Source of the DNA: Eledone cirrhosa
Taxonomy: Eukaryota
Direction: 5' to 3'
Length of the DNA: 64,000 bases
Assembly (NCBI GenBank): GCA_964016885.1
Contig: OZ024756.1
Span: 11,532,001 to 11,596,000 of the forward strand
Below the pieces are notes generated by a model. The model was not told the DNA's origin and did no database searches. It saw nothing but the letters and a program-made list of their open reading frames with translations. A program made the translations under genes and the position numbers. Below are positions 1 to 12,480 of the stretch, piece by piece; position 1 is the first letter of the stretch, and every line of letters starts with the position of its first letter.

Positions 1-195
1 ATATTAAATGTTAAGTGTTAATTGAACAAGTACTTTTATGCTTTCGCAATCTTCAGGTTCAAATTGTGTGGTGACAGTCAAGTTTGCAATTTTCAACAGT
101 TGAAAATTGCAAACTTGACTGTCACGACATTATGAACCTGAAGATTGCAAAAGCATGAAAAGTACTTGTTCAATTAACACTTAACATTTAATATT
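1..195. mobile_element. Fold-back (palindromic) mini-element with mirror HHR-like motifs
   Basis: 1-97 is an imperfect reverse complement of 99-195, centred on 98; the left end may be cut by the window edge. Confidence 0.75.
133..172 (+). ncRNA. Hammerhead ribozyme-like motif (degenerate)
   Basis: TGAAC-CTGAAGA-TTGC aaaa GCAT-GAAA-AGTACT-T-GTTCA; the mirror copy on the minus strand has a GAAA tetraloop in stem II. The register at the cleavage site is imperfect. Confidence 0.55.
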
Positions 196-249
196 CTACC
201 ATACTATTTCATTCTAATACCATTATAAATTTTAAAGGATTGTAAATAA

Positions 250-355
250 ATGTTTTCTACTTTAGGCACAAGGGCCAGGCAATTACCAGTGCATTACAGG
301 TACTTTATTTTATCGACCCCGTAAGGATGGAAAGGCAAAGTCAACCTAGGCGGGA
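250..355 (-). mobile_element. SINE family 1, partial
   Basis: Matches the 3' half of the SINE at 61615-61803. Confidence 0.8.
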
Positions 356-445
356 TAAATAAAACGAGTAAATCAGGCAAAGTTGGAATTCCTTTTATTA
401 ATATAATCTTCTATACACCATCATACATACCCATGTCTCTCTCTC

Positions 446-529
<84 letters not shown>

Positions 530-982
530 TGAGAGAGTGAGGGATCATATGTAAATGAGATGACCTTTTCCCTCAACTTATCTGAGAGATCAGTACTTCT
601 GATTAGATTAAGTACTGACTTACAAACAACCCCTGCTTAGAGGGAGGCCCCCACCCCATCCCGGATGTTTAATGATGGTGATGATGATGTCTTTGTACAT
701 GACCTACATGTTTATTATGATACCTAAAATATGAAACAAAAACAATGTTCCTTGACCTACTGGAGAGACCCTACTGACAGAACCTGTTGGGGGTGGGGTT
801 TGATTCGGAACAAAGATGAGGGGGGGGGGTGCAGGAACATATTACTGATGTGTGTGGGACGAGGAGGGGTGGGGGGTGGGGTTTAACAGCACCAGATGTC
901 ACTACATAATAGAATAACCAGATAGAAATTAGATGGTTCCTTTCTAATATTTCCACCTGGCTCTTAGTCTCTCGCACGCACG

Positions 983-1158
<176 letters not shown>

Positions 1159-1474
1159 TGTGTGTGTGGTGCACACACACACGGTATCAGTTTCCCTCTT
1201 GTTTATTTGTCCATACACACACATTCACTCTCACACACACTCTTGGTTTTTGTCTACACACACACACACACAATCACACACACACACACACTCTCTCTCT
1301 ATCTCTCGTGTGTGTGTGCACCACACACACACACGGTATCAGTTTCCTTCTTGTTTATTTGTCCATACACACACTCTTGGTTTTTGTCTGCACACACAAT
1401 CACACACACACCTCCCGTCCTCCCCTCATTCTCAAACACACACTCTTGGTTTTTCTCCACATATCACACACACA

Positions 1475-1915
1475 TCTACACATGTTCACTACACACACAC
1501 ATCTACACATGTTCACTACACACACACATCTACACATGTTCACTACACACACATCTACACATGTTCACTACACACACACATCTACACATGTTCACTACAC
1601 ACACACATCTACACATGTTCACTACACACACATAGACACATGTTCACTACACACACACACATCTACACATGTTCACTACACACACACACATAGACACATG
1701 TTCACTACACACACATCTACACATGTTCACTACACACACACACATAGACACATGTTCACTACACACACGCACATCTACACATGTTCACTACACACACACA
1801 TCTACACATGTTCACTACACACACAGACAAATGTTCACTACACACACACATCTACACATGTTCACTACACACACACACATAGACACATGTTCACTACACA
1901 CACACATCTACACAT
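1475..1915. repeat. CA-rich minisatellite (catctacacatgttcactacacac, about 25-29 bp)
   Basis: Direct tandem units visible. Confidence 0.9.
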
Positions 1916-1942
1916 CCTATATATACAAATATCCGAAAATAT

Positions 1943-2132
1943 AATTGTTTCTACTTTAGCACAAGGCCAGCAATTACCCAGTACATTACTGGTACTTTAT
2001 TTTATCGATTCCCGTAAGGATGAAAGGCAAAGTTAACCTCGGCGGGATTTGAACTCAGACCATAAAGGGCCGTAACTCTATGCTGCAAGGCATGGGTGTC
2101 TGACCCTCTACCGAAACTGCTAATCCACTGCA
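1943..2132 (-). mobile_element. tRNA-derived SINE family 1 (Nin/Inv-like central motif)
   Basis: Reverse strand shows an A-box-like head, B box GAGTTCAAATCC and GCCTTTCATCCTTACGGG..TCGATAAAATAAAGTACC; about 10 copies in the window. Confidence 0.85.
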
Positions 2133-2158
2133 AAGCCATGTGTGTATAACGCATTAGA

Positions 2159-2368
2159 GATGACTGAGGAAGGAAGGGGTGATGACAGACTGAGGAAGGA
2201 AGGGGTGATGATCAAACCGAGGAAGGAAGGGGTGATGACAAACGAGGAAAGGAAGGGGGTGATGACAGACTGAAGAAGGAAGGGGTGATGACAGACTGAG
2301 GAAGGAAGGGGTGATGACAGACTGAAGAAGGAAGGGGTGATGACAGACTGAAGAAGGGAGGATGACAA
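2159..2368. repeat. 26-bp minisatellite
   Basis: gatgacagactgaggaaggaaggggt, about 8 copies. Confidence 0.9.
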
Positions 2369-2478
2369 ACTCCAGAAAACTGTGTATGTATATGTATAGC
2401 GAATTGGCTACACACATTGGTTGTTATGATTATGTGCGTTTGTGTGTGTATGTGTGTGTTTGTGTAAATGATATTTAT

Positions 2479-2675
2479 AATTGTTTCTACTTTTGCACAA
2501 GACCAGCAAATACCCCAGTGCATTACTGGTACTTTTTATTTTATCTCCCCCCCCCCCCCGTAAGGATGACAGGCAAAGTTAACCGTGACAGGGTTTGAAC
2601 TCAGACCACAAAGGGCGGTAACTCTATGCTGTAAAGCTGGCGTCCAACCCTCTACCGATACTGCCATTCCACCAC
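2479..2675 (-). mobile_element. SINE family 1
   Basis: Same sequence as 1943-2132. Confidence 0.85.
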
Positions 2676-2691
2676 CCTTAAACTATATATA

Positions 2692-2757
<66 letters not shown>

Positions 2758-2829
2758 TAAGTATATATGTGTATCTGTGTTTATTTAGAAAGATACATAG
2801 ACAATAGAATTACAAACAGTAATACAGAG

Positions 2830-3120
2830 TACCCGACCTTCCATGGGTACAAGCTGAAGCATATAGACAATATGCCCCCCCCCCCCCCCCCCGCAAGGTG
2901 GTCGTGGAGGTGCCACGGCAAAAAAAAGCACCCAGCACTCACTCTAAATGAGGTTGGTGTTAGGAAGGGCATCCAGCTGTAGAAACCAAGCCAAATCAGT
3001 TCCTGTATGAGCAAGGCATGGTCAGCCGACCAGACACTGCCCACAACAGGACAACCCGTCTAACCCATGCTAGCGTGGAAGAACGGACGTAAAACGATGA
3101 TGATGATGATGATGATGATG
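2830..3120 (+). mobile_element. SINE family 2, 3' part (Meta-like domain, RTE-type tail, (TGA)n)
   Basis: GGTGTTAGGAAGGGCATCCAGCTGTAGAAA ... CCCATGCTAGCGTGGAAGAACGGACGTAAAACGATGATGA; similar partial copies at 36790-37065, 47710-47962 and 48795-48913. Confidence 0.8.
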
Positions 3121-4253
3121 ACACACACACACACACACACATCTACACATACATATATACAAACAGACACACTTAGAAAAAGTAATTATTACCTACACAC
3201 ACATCTATGTGATGACTGAGGAAGGAGCGGGCTGAGAAACTATAGAAGTCCAGTGTTCTAAGATTTGTCACACCTGTGTGTGTATATGTTTTTATTCCCG
3301 GACCGGGCGATGCGTTATGTCCTTGAGCAAGACACTTTATTTCACGTTGCTCCTTCTACCTGGTGTTGCGACCGATAGATAGTACTAGCAACTGGAAAGA
3401 CCGATGGAAACATCGTTTCCTCGGTTCGATTTGACGAAAGTCGATCGACTGTCGATGTGTAGCGATTTGGCTACACACATTGACTGTGTTTGTATGACTT
3501 GTGTGTGAGCGTGAAGGAACCAACCAACCAACCAAATCAACCAACAAACAAAAGTCTCCTTTTTATATTATGTATAGATATTACAATTACAGGGCCAGCT
3601 AAGCTAGTATTTGAATAATCACTCAAACCATTAATAACTGCTTTAAATTAGTTCAACATCTGGTGTTTACATGTTGGTCTGATGAGAGAGAGAGATATGT
3701 AGAGGGGGAGAGATGGAGGTGTTTACATGTTTGTCTGGTGAGAGAGAGAGAGATATGTAGAGAGGGAAAGAGAGAGGAGAGAGGGGGAGATGGAGGTGTT
3801 TACATGTTTGTCTGATGAGAGAGAGAGAGAGGGAAAGAGAGAGGGGGAGAGATGGAGGTGTTTACATGTTGGTCTGATGAGAGAGAGAGAGATATGTAGA
3901 AAGGGAAAGAGAGAGGAGAGAGAGGGGGGAGAGTATAGTATGAAATGTTGACAAGACAAGATATTAAGCTAGTATTATTGTTTAACCCTAGGTCAAGTTC
4001 TATTGAGCAGAACTATGATGAAAGCATTAGTCAGACCTCCCTAGAAATATACCTAGGAACACAGGGTCTTCTGTGTCCCTTTTTAATGACAGGTTGTATG
4101 ATTCATCGCAGATTTGGCTGCTTTTTCTAGCATGGTGCCATGAAGAAGTACACCCAGTGCACCACGTAAAGGGGGGTGGTGCCATGAAGTAGTGCACCAT
4201 GAGATTATATATATATATATATAAGATCAAAAGATGGTTAAAAGAGTTCCAAA

Positions 4254-4325
4254 TATTTTATTATGCGCATTTCAAAAACAAATAATCATCATGAGATGAT
4301 ATCTGCGTTTTCATCAGATAAAATA
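4254..4325 (-). ncRNA. Type I hammerhead ribozyme, family A
   Basis: TATTTTAT-CTGATGA-long stem II-GAAA-TGCGCA-TA-ATAAAATA; 8-bp stem I. Confidence 0.85.
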
Positions 4326-4482
4326 GGGATACATGATATGAAGGTTAAGAAACACTTGTGAATAGTGAAGTTTTAAATCAACATATGAAAAATAATTTAA
4401 GATTGATGTGTGATATTGGGAAAGGGTAAGGAAGAGGAGGAGATGAGAGTAAAGAATGGTTAACCTTCATATCATGTATCCC

Positions 4483-4553
4483 TATTTTATCTGATGAAAA
4501 CGCAGATATCATCTCATGATGATATTTGTTTTTGAAATGTGCATAATAAAATA
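4483..4553 (+). ncRNA. Type I hammerhead ribozyme, family A
   Basis: TATTTTAT-CTGATGA-AAACGCAGATATCATC tcat GATGATATTTGTTTTT-GAAA-TGTGCA-TA-ATAAAATA. Confidence 0.85.
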
Positions 4554-4672
4554 TTTGGAACTCTTTTAACCATCTTTTGATCTTATATTATTTATACTCC
4601 AGTCCTACAAACTGTAGAGTGCTACTTATCCGATATTTGCATTGCTTTATTGTGCTACAATAAAACTCACCT

Positions 4673-4709
<37 letters not shown>

Positions 4710-4779
4710 AGATTATACATACATATATATATATACAATATATATTAACAAATGGAAACTATATTTATAAAACCATATT

Positions 4780-4845
4780 TATTATATTATACATATTTCA
4801 AGGGTCACCAAGGCAAATTATGGTGCACTTTCATCAGATAAAATA
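4780..4845 (-). ncRNA. Type I hammerhead ribozyme, family B (element about 4735-4925)
   Basis: TATTTTAT-CTGATGA-AAGTGCACCA..TGGTGACCCTT-GAAA-TATGTA-TA-ATATAATA. Confidence 0.75.
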
Positions 4846-4928
4846 CAATACAGATTAGTTTTATAAATAAATAAATATTGGCATACCCTGAAAAAAGACA
4901 ACCTTAACGGTTGGAGCTTCCTGGATAG

Positions 4929-4982
<54 letters not shown>

Positions 4983-5016
4983 GATGAGATTATACATATA
5001 TATATATATATATATG

Positions 5017-5327
5017 TTAGGATTGGTGCTCTGAAATAACGATGTATACATGAATATGGTATATTTGGCAATATACTGTATGTTTAATTAAAAACATTTA
5101 GAAGACCATACGCTATCAGTTTTAAAGTAGTGACTATGTCATTTACTTGTTTTCGGCCAAAGAAGGGAGAGAAGCTAACAGTCTGTTTCACGCTGTTGGC
5201 GATCATCAGAACCACGTACTCCCCTGCTTCTGCCGGATTCTTATAGAATTCTAGTAATAATCGGGAGCTGATTATACAGAGCGATTGCTGGTCCAGCAAA
5301 AATGAGGTATTAGGATTGATGCTCTGA
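5017..5327 (-). mobile_element. HHR mini-element with terminal direct repeat (293-nt period), retrozyme-like
   Basis: ttaggattg(g/a)tgctctga at 5017 and 5310; internal HHR; (TA)n on both sides. Confidence 0.6.
5173..5213 (-). ncRNA. Minimal hammerhead ribozyme
   Basis: GGTT-CTGATGA-TCGC caaca GCGT-GAAA-CAGACTG-TT-AGCT. Confidence 0.7.
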
Positions 5328-5345
5328 TATATTGCATATATATAT

Positions 5346-5380
<35 letters not shown>

Positions 5381-5381
<1 letters not shown>

Positions 5382-5789
5382 GTTTTGCGAGGTTTTTGAT
5401 AAAATCGTTTTATTAAAATCGTGTGTCGAAACAAATTTTGAGGGTCATATTTGTATAATAATATTACCAGAATTAATAACAGAACACACTCACTGTTTCG
5501 TTGGTTTTCGCTTCTGTGTCTTTTATATCGGTTAATTTAATTTATTCGGTCCTCAGTGTTACCATTGACTGACCAACGGTCAAAAATACAGATACGATAT
5601 AGACACAAACACATATATATAGTCTAACAAAGTTCTTTCGTTGCACATCTGCAACATCGTCAGTGGTGCTATTATGTTTCCTCCCGAAAAGACAAAGAAG
5701 CGAAAACCAACCAAACAGTGAGTGTGTTCTGTTATTAATTCTGGCAATATTATTACACAAATATGACCCTCCCCAAGTATAACAATATA
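5381..5789 (-). mobile_element. HHR mini-element family E with inverted arm
   Basis: About 5441-5523 is inverted to about 5687-5770; other copies at 21786-21945, 31184-31380, 42725-42930 and 46785-46850, all next to (TA)n. Confidence 0.75.
5625..5668 (-). ncRNA. Hammerhead ribozyme, family E
   Basis: CTGACGA-T-GTTGCA gatg TGCAAC-GAAA-GAAC-TT; stem I weak; stem II covaries with the copy at 46789. Confidence 0.7.
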
Positions 5790-6214
5790 TATATATATAT
5801 ATATATATAGTAATAATAATAAATTTGAAGACTAAAATCCAAAGAGGGCTCGATAAGGATAAATATATATCAAATATATAAGAACCGTAGAGCAAATATT
5901 TATTAAAATAACAGATTAAAGTGATTCTTTGCTTAAACTTTAATTTGTTATTTTATTAGATGTATATATATATATGGTACAGGCCTAAATGGGTCCTTGT
6001 TTGGCTGAGCGGGGGAACAGACTAAGCGAATTTCATTGATATCTGCGGTAGCTAATGGTCAACTTCCTTCGGACATGCGCCTGCGCAGACCGGTGGGGGG
6101 GGGGGATTGGTACTCACAGGGGAACGGATGAAGAATCCAAAAGCACACACTTCGTCCGTTCCCATGTCAATTCAACTTGGATTGCCTCGGAAACATAACC
6201 TTATTATGTAACAA

Positions 6215-6288
6215 GCTGTCTGATGATGTCACGACACTCGCACACAGAACAGTGTGGCCAGTGTCGTCATTGAAATATATATCACAGC
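6215..6288 (+). ncRNA. Type I hammerhead ribozyme, family C (element about 5975-6415)
   Basis: GCTGT-CTGATGA-TGTC ACGACACT..AGTGTCGT CATT-GAAA-TATATA-TC-ACAGC. Confidence 0.85.
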
Positions 6289-6411
6289 ATTATTATCAAA
6301 GGACTTGAACATCTGAAACTACTTTGCTTTTACTTATTCGATATTTTCTCCGTCACTCCTATGTGGAAAAAGTACGTTGAGTGCTTGAATTGAATTGCAT
6401 CAATGTTTACC

Positions 6412-6448
<37 letters not shown>

Positions 6449-6455
<7 letters not shown>

Positions 6456-6477
6456 AAATGGAGACGACAGAAACCTG

Positions 6478-6513
<36 letters not shown>

Positions 6514-6541
6514 GGTTGCTGTCGTCTCCATTTAACAAATT
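6449..6541. repeat. About 30-bp inverted repeat enclosing (TA)n
   Basis: atttgttaaatggagacgacagaaacctgc ... gcaggttgctgtcgtctccatttaacaaat. Confidence 0.75.
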
Positions 6542-6654
6542 TCACCCACTGGACATTGGTGAAATTGTTGCCCAAGGTGTCACACAGTGGGACTCCACAT
6601 GAAACTATGTGGTTGCAAAGTACACATCTGAAAGACAAGGCTGTGTTTACACCC

Positions 6655-6657
6655 AGT

Positions 6658-6694
<37 letters not shown>

Positions 6695-7045
6695 CACCCA
6701 ATGTACACACACACACACACACCCAATATACACACACACACACACAATGTGCACATACACACAATGTGCATACACACGCACCCAATGTACACACACAATG
6801 TACGTACATACGCACCCAATGTACACACACACACCCACTACATACACACACACACACCCAATGTACATACGCACACACACCCAATGTACGTACACACACC
6901 CACTGTACATACATGTACACACACCCAATGTACGTACACACACCCACTACATGTACACACACACACACCCAATGTACACACACACACACCCAATGCACAC
7001 ACACCCAATGTACACACACACACTGTACACGCACACACATACACA
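6655..7045. repeat. CA-rich compound repeat (cccaatgtacacac)
   Basis: Tandem degenerate units. Confidence 0.85.
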
Positions 7046-7151
7046 TGGAAAACATGGCAGGTGATGATGACGATCATGATGATATACAGGAAGTTATTGT
7101 ATGAAAAAGAGGGGATGTTTGTGTTAACCACATAAATTACAGCTGGACTCT

Positions 7152-8020
7152 GTGTGGTGGTGGTGGTGGTGGTGTTGATGATGGTGGCGGTGGTGGTGAT
7201 GGTGGTGATGGTGGTGGTGGTGGTTTTGGTGGTGGTGGTGTTGATGATGGTGGCGGCGGCGGTGGTGGTGATGGTGGTGGTGGTGGTGGCGGCGGCGGTG
7301 GTGGTGTTGTTGTTGGTGGTGGTTTTGGTGGTTGCGGTGGTGATAGTAGTGGTGGTTGTAATGGTGGTATGATAGTAGTGGTGGTAGTGGTGGTATTGAT
7401 AGTAGTAGATGGTGGTTGCAGTGGTAACAGTGGTGGTAGTGGTGGTAGTGGCGGTGGTGGTGGCAGCGGTAGTAGTAGTGGCGGTAGTGATAGTAGTGGT
7501 GGTGGTGGGGGTAGTGGTAGTAGTGGTGGTGGTGGTAGTGGGGGTAGTGATAGTAGTGGTGGTGGTGGTGGTGGGGGTAGTGGTAGTAGTGGTGGTGGTG
7601 GTAGTGGGGGTAGTGATAGTAGTGGTGGTGGTGGTAGTGGTGGTAGTGGTGGTAGCAGTGATAGTAGTGGCAGTGCTGGTAGTAGTAGTGGTGGTGGTGG
7701 CAGCGGTAGTAGTAGTGGTAGTAGTAGTTTTGGTGGTGGTGGTGGGGGTAGTGATAGTGGTGGTGGTGGTGGTGGTAGTGGTGGTAGCAGTGAAAGTGGT
7801 GGCAGTGGTGGTAACAGTGATAGTAGTGGCAGTGCTGGTAGTGGCAATGGTAGTAGTAGTAGTGGGTGGTGGTGGTGGTGGTGGGGGTAGTGATAGTAGT
7901 AGTGGTGGTGGTGGTAGTGGTGGCAGTGGTGGTAGCAGTGATAGTAGTAGTGGTGGTGGTGGCAGTGGTAGTAGTAGTGGTGGTGGTGGCAGTGGTAGTA
8001 GTAGCGGTGGTGGTAGTAGT
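7152..8020. repeat. (GGT)n/(AGT)n low-complexity tract
   Basis: Trinucleotide mosaic. Confidence 0.9.
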
Positions 8021-8277
8021 ATGTTGGATGTTACACAGGTTTGGAGGAGATCCCCAGCTACAAGAAACAGCCAGAGGATTTCATGTTAATCCTACACTGA
8101 GAAATGTTGTTAATATCATTATTGACAAGTAGATTAAGTTTTATTGCTGAATCATAGAAATATATACGCACATACAGCCCTTATATCTATCTATCTATCT
8201 ATCTATACATACACATACATACAGCCCTTATATCTATCTATCTATCTATCTATACATACACATACATACAGCCCTTA

Positions 8278-8356
<79 letters not shown>

Positions 8357-8549
8357 ATATATATACATAGACATACATACAGACCTTATATCTATATATC
8401 ATTTTCTAACCCAGAAAAAAGAGAGAAAGAAATAAAAAGGGAAAAAAATCTATTTTTCTTCCTAATAATCGTCTTTTTCTCTTTGTTTTCATATCCTCTC
8501 TCTCTCTCTACATACAGCCCTTATATCTACACACACGCACACATATACA

Positions 8550-9808
8550 CAGGGTGCGGACGATATTTGTTCACAAGATTACTGTCTAGGAAAAAATAAC
8601 ACAGTAGTTTTATTTTTGAAGAAATATTTATCAAACTTGGGTCAGTTTATCTTCATGGCTTGTTCTTTCGATATCACTCGATAAACCCGCCATTGGCTTT
8701 GATGACGGCTTCAAGACGGCCTCGGAACTGGCTACAGGACTTCGTCACTGTCCCCCGACTTAGGCCCCTAAAGTCGCTTGTAATCCTGGCCTTCAGATCG
8801 TCTTTCGTATTGCAGCTAGATCTGTTGGTGTCTCGTTCCACTGCGCCCCACACAAAGAAGTCGAGGGGGTTGCAGTCAGGCGAGCTGGGAGGCCAGATGT
8901 CAGGTGAAATGTGGTCGACGAAGTTCTCTGACAGCCAGGCTTGGGTCTTTCGGCTGGTATGGCAGGGTGCTGAGTCTTGCTGCCATATGTACAGCCTACC
9001 TGCAGCTACCTGGTCGATTCAGGGCTTTACTACCTCGCTCAGAACGCAGATGTAGCCATCGGTGTTCAGCTTGAGGCTCTCAGGGAAGAAGTGAGGTGGC
9101 ATGACGTCACCTTGACTGCTGACGACACCTAAGACCAATGTTGTCACTGGAAACTTTGTCTGCATGACTCTGGGCACGTCTTTGGATGAGACAGCGAGCC
9201 ACCTGTTGTTCTGGGAGTTGATCTTCTGGTCTTGGCAGAAGTTTTTCTCGTCGGACAAAAACCATGTCTGGCTTCAGTGGGTGTTTCAACTTGTTGACCA
9301 GCTTCTTTGCGTGCTTCAGTCGCTTTTCTTGCATCGCCTTTGACAGAAATTGTCCTTTCCTCATATTGTATGAAATGTACCACCAGCCTAATGAGCTTTT
9401 CATCCATGCATCGACTTGCTAGGTTCATTGTTGATGATATCCTGAACTTCAGCGACGAACTCGGGCGTTCTTGAGGCGTCAGATCGTCGATCATGTGTTT
9501 TCCTCTCTGATGTTGCTTCGTAGTCGAATCCTGAATCTTCCACTTCCTTTCTGAACTTTTCCATCATTCTCCTGCTGACGCTGAGAAAGTCTGAAATTTC
9601 CTTATTTGTCCTCCCGGCGCAGATTCCAAGAACTCCGTGTCTCTTCCACAAATTTGGAGGTTCAAAATTATTCATAATCAATTATTCTGAAAATAAATAA
9701 TGGAAATACAGTCACTGTTTTTATGAAGACAAGAGTGACAACGGAAGCAAAAAAAATTTGCATAAAATTAGCAGTTGAAAATTGCAAACAAATATCGTCC
9801 ACACCCTG
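8550..9808 (-). mobile_element. Tc1/mariner superfamily DNA transposon, DD37D (maT) type, frameshifted transposase
   Basis: 22-bp TIRs cagggtg(c/t)ggacgatatttgtt; TA at the right end; minus strand encodes SDEKNF and WQQDSAPCH...WPPSSPDCNPLDFFVWG with 37 residues between the 2nd and 3rd Asp; ORF broken into several frames. Confidence 0.92.
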
Positions 9809-9915
9809 TATATATATGTACCTATGTATACCTGCATTTGTATATGTATTGTACCTACGTGTATACAGACATATATGTTTGTATGTATGTATAATGTAAA
9901 TATTATATATATGTA

Positions 9916-10282
9916 TCATCATCATCATCGTTTAACGTCCATCTTCCACGCTTGCATGGGTTTGGACGGGAGTTTTCCCACTTGAGGCAAGAGTGGTTGT
10001 CTTGCTCGCATAGGACTGTCTGGCGGGTTTTCTATGGCTGGATGCCCTTCCTAACACCAACCATGTTTACAGTGTGGACTGGGAGGTTTTTACCGTGTTC
10101 CCTACACAGCCACATTACAGCGTGGACTGTGTGTGTTTTTTGTCGTAACACCTACACGACCTCATTTGTTTCGGACTGGATGATGTGGTGCCAACATAAC
10201 TTTACATTGAAAGGGGTGGTGTGGATGGGGTGGGGGTAGTGGGACGGGGGTGTATTTTGTTAGAGGTGCCTACTGACTGTAA
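9916..10282 (-). mobile_element. 5'-truncated copy of the sequence found 3' of the RTE ORF (46058-46545)
   Basis: Reverse complement aligns along its length with 46058-46545 (lacking the internal duplication) and ends in a (TGA)n tail. Confidence 0.8.
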
Positions 10283-10304
10283 ATATTATATATATGTATA
10301 TAAA

Positions 10305-10490
10305 GATGGTGGATTGGCAGTATCGGTAGAGGGTCGGACACCATGCTTTGACGCATAGAGTTACGGCCCTTGCCATTCTGAGTTCAAATCCCGCCGAGGT
10401 TAACTTTGTCTTTCATCCTCATCGATAAAATAAAGTACCAGTAATACACTGGGTAATTGCTGGCCTTGTGCCAAAAGTAGAAACAATTAT
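10305..10490 (+). mobile_element. SINE family 1
   Basis: Head ggtggattggcagtatcggtag, B box, family tail gtagaaacaatt. Confidence 0.85.
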
Positions 10491-10546
10491 ATGTATGTAT
10501 GTATGTATATATGTAAGTATATATATATGTATGTATATATGTAAAT

Positions 10547-10578
<32 letters not shown>

Positions 10579-11071
10579 TATTATGTATATATATATATAT
10601 ATATGTGTATGTATGTATATATGTAAATATTATGTATATGTATGTATATATGTAAATATTATGTATATATATGTATGTATGTATATATGTAAATATGTAT
10701 ATATATATATCTATATATGTATGTATGTAAATATGTATATATATATGTATGTATGTATGTAAATATGTATATATATATGTATGTATGTATATATGTAAAT
10801 ATTATGTATATATATGTATGTATATATGTAAATATTATTCATGTATGTGTATATGTAAATATTATATATGTATTATGTATATGTATGTATGTCTATATGT
10901 AAAGATATATGTATATAAGTAAATATATATATATATGTATATGGAAAGTTATATTTAAATTGTTGGGTTACAACTAGTAAATATTTATAACTGATATAAA
11001 AGCACTCGACAAATATTTGGAGTATATTTACAATATTAAATAAATGGAAACTATATTTATAAAACCATATT

Positions 11072-11137
11072 TATTTCATTATATATATTTCAGGGATAAC
11101 ATATTAACAATATGCTATGCCTTCCTCAGACAAAATA
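11072..11137 (-). ncRNA. Type I hammerhead ribozyme, family B
   Basis: Mirror of 11318-11383. Confidence 0.85.
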
Positions 11138-11317
11138 CAATATAAACAGTTCTATAGATAAATAGATTTGACATACCGTAACAACATCTACTTGGGAAGG
11201 TTGATTTTGTTGTGACAATTTTGGTTGTGTACAATTTTGTCACAACCAAATCAACCTTCCCAAGTAGATGTTGTTACGGTATGTCGAATCTATTTATCTA
11301 TAGAACTGTTTATATTG

Positions 11318-11383
11318 TATTTTGTCTGAGGAAGGCATAGCATATTGTTAATATGTTATCCCTGAAATATATATAATGAAATA
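11318..11383 (+). ncRNA. Type I hammerhead ribozyme, family B
   Basis: TATTTTGT-CTGAGGA-AGGCATAGCATATT gtt AATATGTTATCCCT-GAAA-TATATA-TA-ATGAAATA. Confidence 0.85.
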
Positions 11384-11423
11384 AATATGGTTTTATAAAT
11401 ATAGTTTCCATTTATTTAATATT

Positions 11424-11946
<523 letters not shown>

Positions 11947-12045
11947 ATATATATATATATCATCATCATCATACGTCCGCTTTTCCCTGCTTGCAAGGGT
12001 ATATATGTAAATATGTATTTATGTAAATATATATGTATATTTATG

Positions 12046-12081
<36 letters not shown>

Positions 12082-12153
12082 GGAGTTTCCAACAGAAATG
12101 GTCGCATTCTTTAAGGGTATGTCAATATTTATTTATAAAACTGATCTATATTA

Positions 12154-12218
12154 TATTTTATCTGATGAAAGCGCACCATAATTTGACTTGGTGTCCTTGA
12201 AATATGTATAATGAAATA
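12154..12218 (+). ncRNA. Type I hammerhead ribozyme, family B (element about 12079-12262)
   Basis: TATTTTAT-CTGATGA-AAGCGCACCA..TGGTGTCCTT-GAAA-TATGTA-TA-ATGAAATA. Confidence 0.85.
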
Positions 12219-12480
12219 AATATGGTTTTATAAATATAGTTTCCATTTGTTAATATTTTGTATATATATATGTATGTATATGTATATATTATACAGTTGT
12301 ATGTATATGGTATATATATATACACACACACACACATGTAAATGTATAGCTGTAGGCCTCTGTTGATTTGAATGTTTTTAAGTGACCCTCCCCCCTTACT
12401 CAGGTGTGTGTGGGTAGTATTTTTTTCCCCATTTTTAAGTAATTGTAGTTGGATTATGAATAGAATATAGTCTGTTGCAT

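Larger units (their letters stand above)
4221..4675 (+). mobile_element. HHR mini-element family A (5' inverted arm + sense arm + tail), Penelope-like non-autonomous
   Basis: 4221-4348 is inverted to 4460-4586, with a tail to 4675; flanked by (TA)n; related copies at 51385-51620 and 55058-55385. Confidence 0.75.
10941..11423 (-). mobile_element. HHR mini-element family B: tail plus about 190-bp near-perfect palindrome
   Basis: About 11032-11218 is inverted to about 11237-11423; the tail 10941-11030 is also seen at 25280-25375 and 54952-55003. Confidence 0.8.

Noticed and set aside
5476-5562. Second HHR in family E (CTGAGGA on the minus strand)
   Set aside because: No stem II, and the core is not conserved in the copies at 31246 and about 42850.
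7137-8089. Gly/Ser-rich or Pro-rich ORFs
   Set aside because: GGT/AGT trinucleotide tract open in several frames, with no unique flanking coding sequence.
8020-8135. Possible host exon (also 16080-16281)
   Set aside because: Short unique sequence without a recognisable protein motif or convincing splice pair; it cannot be supported without transcript data.
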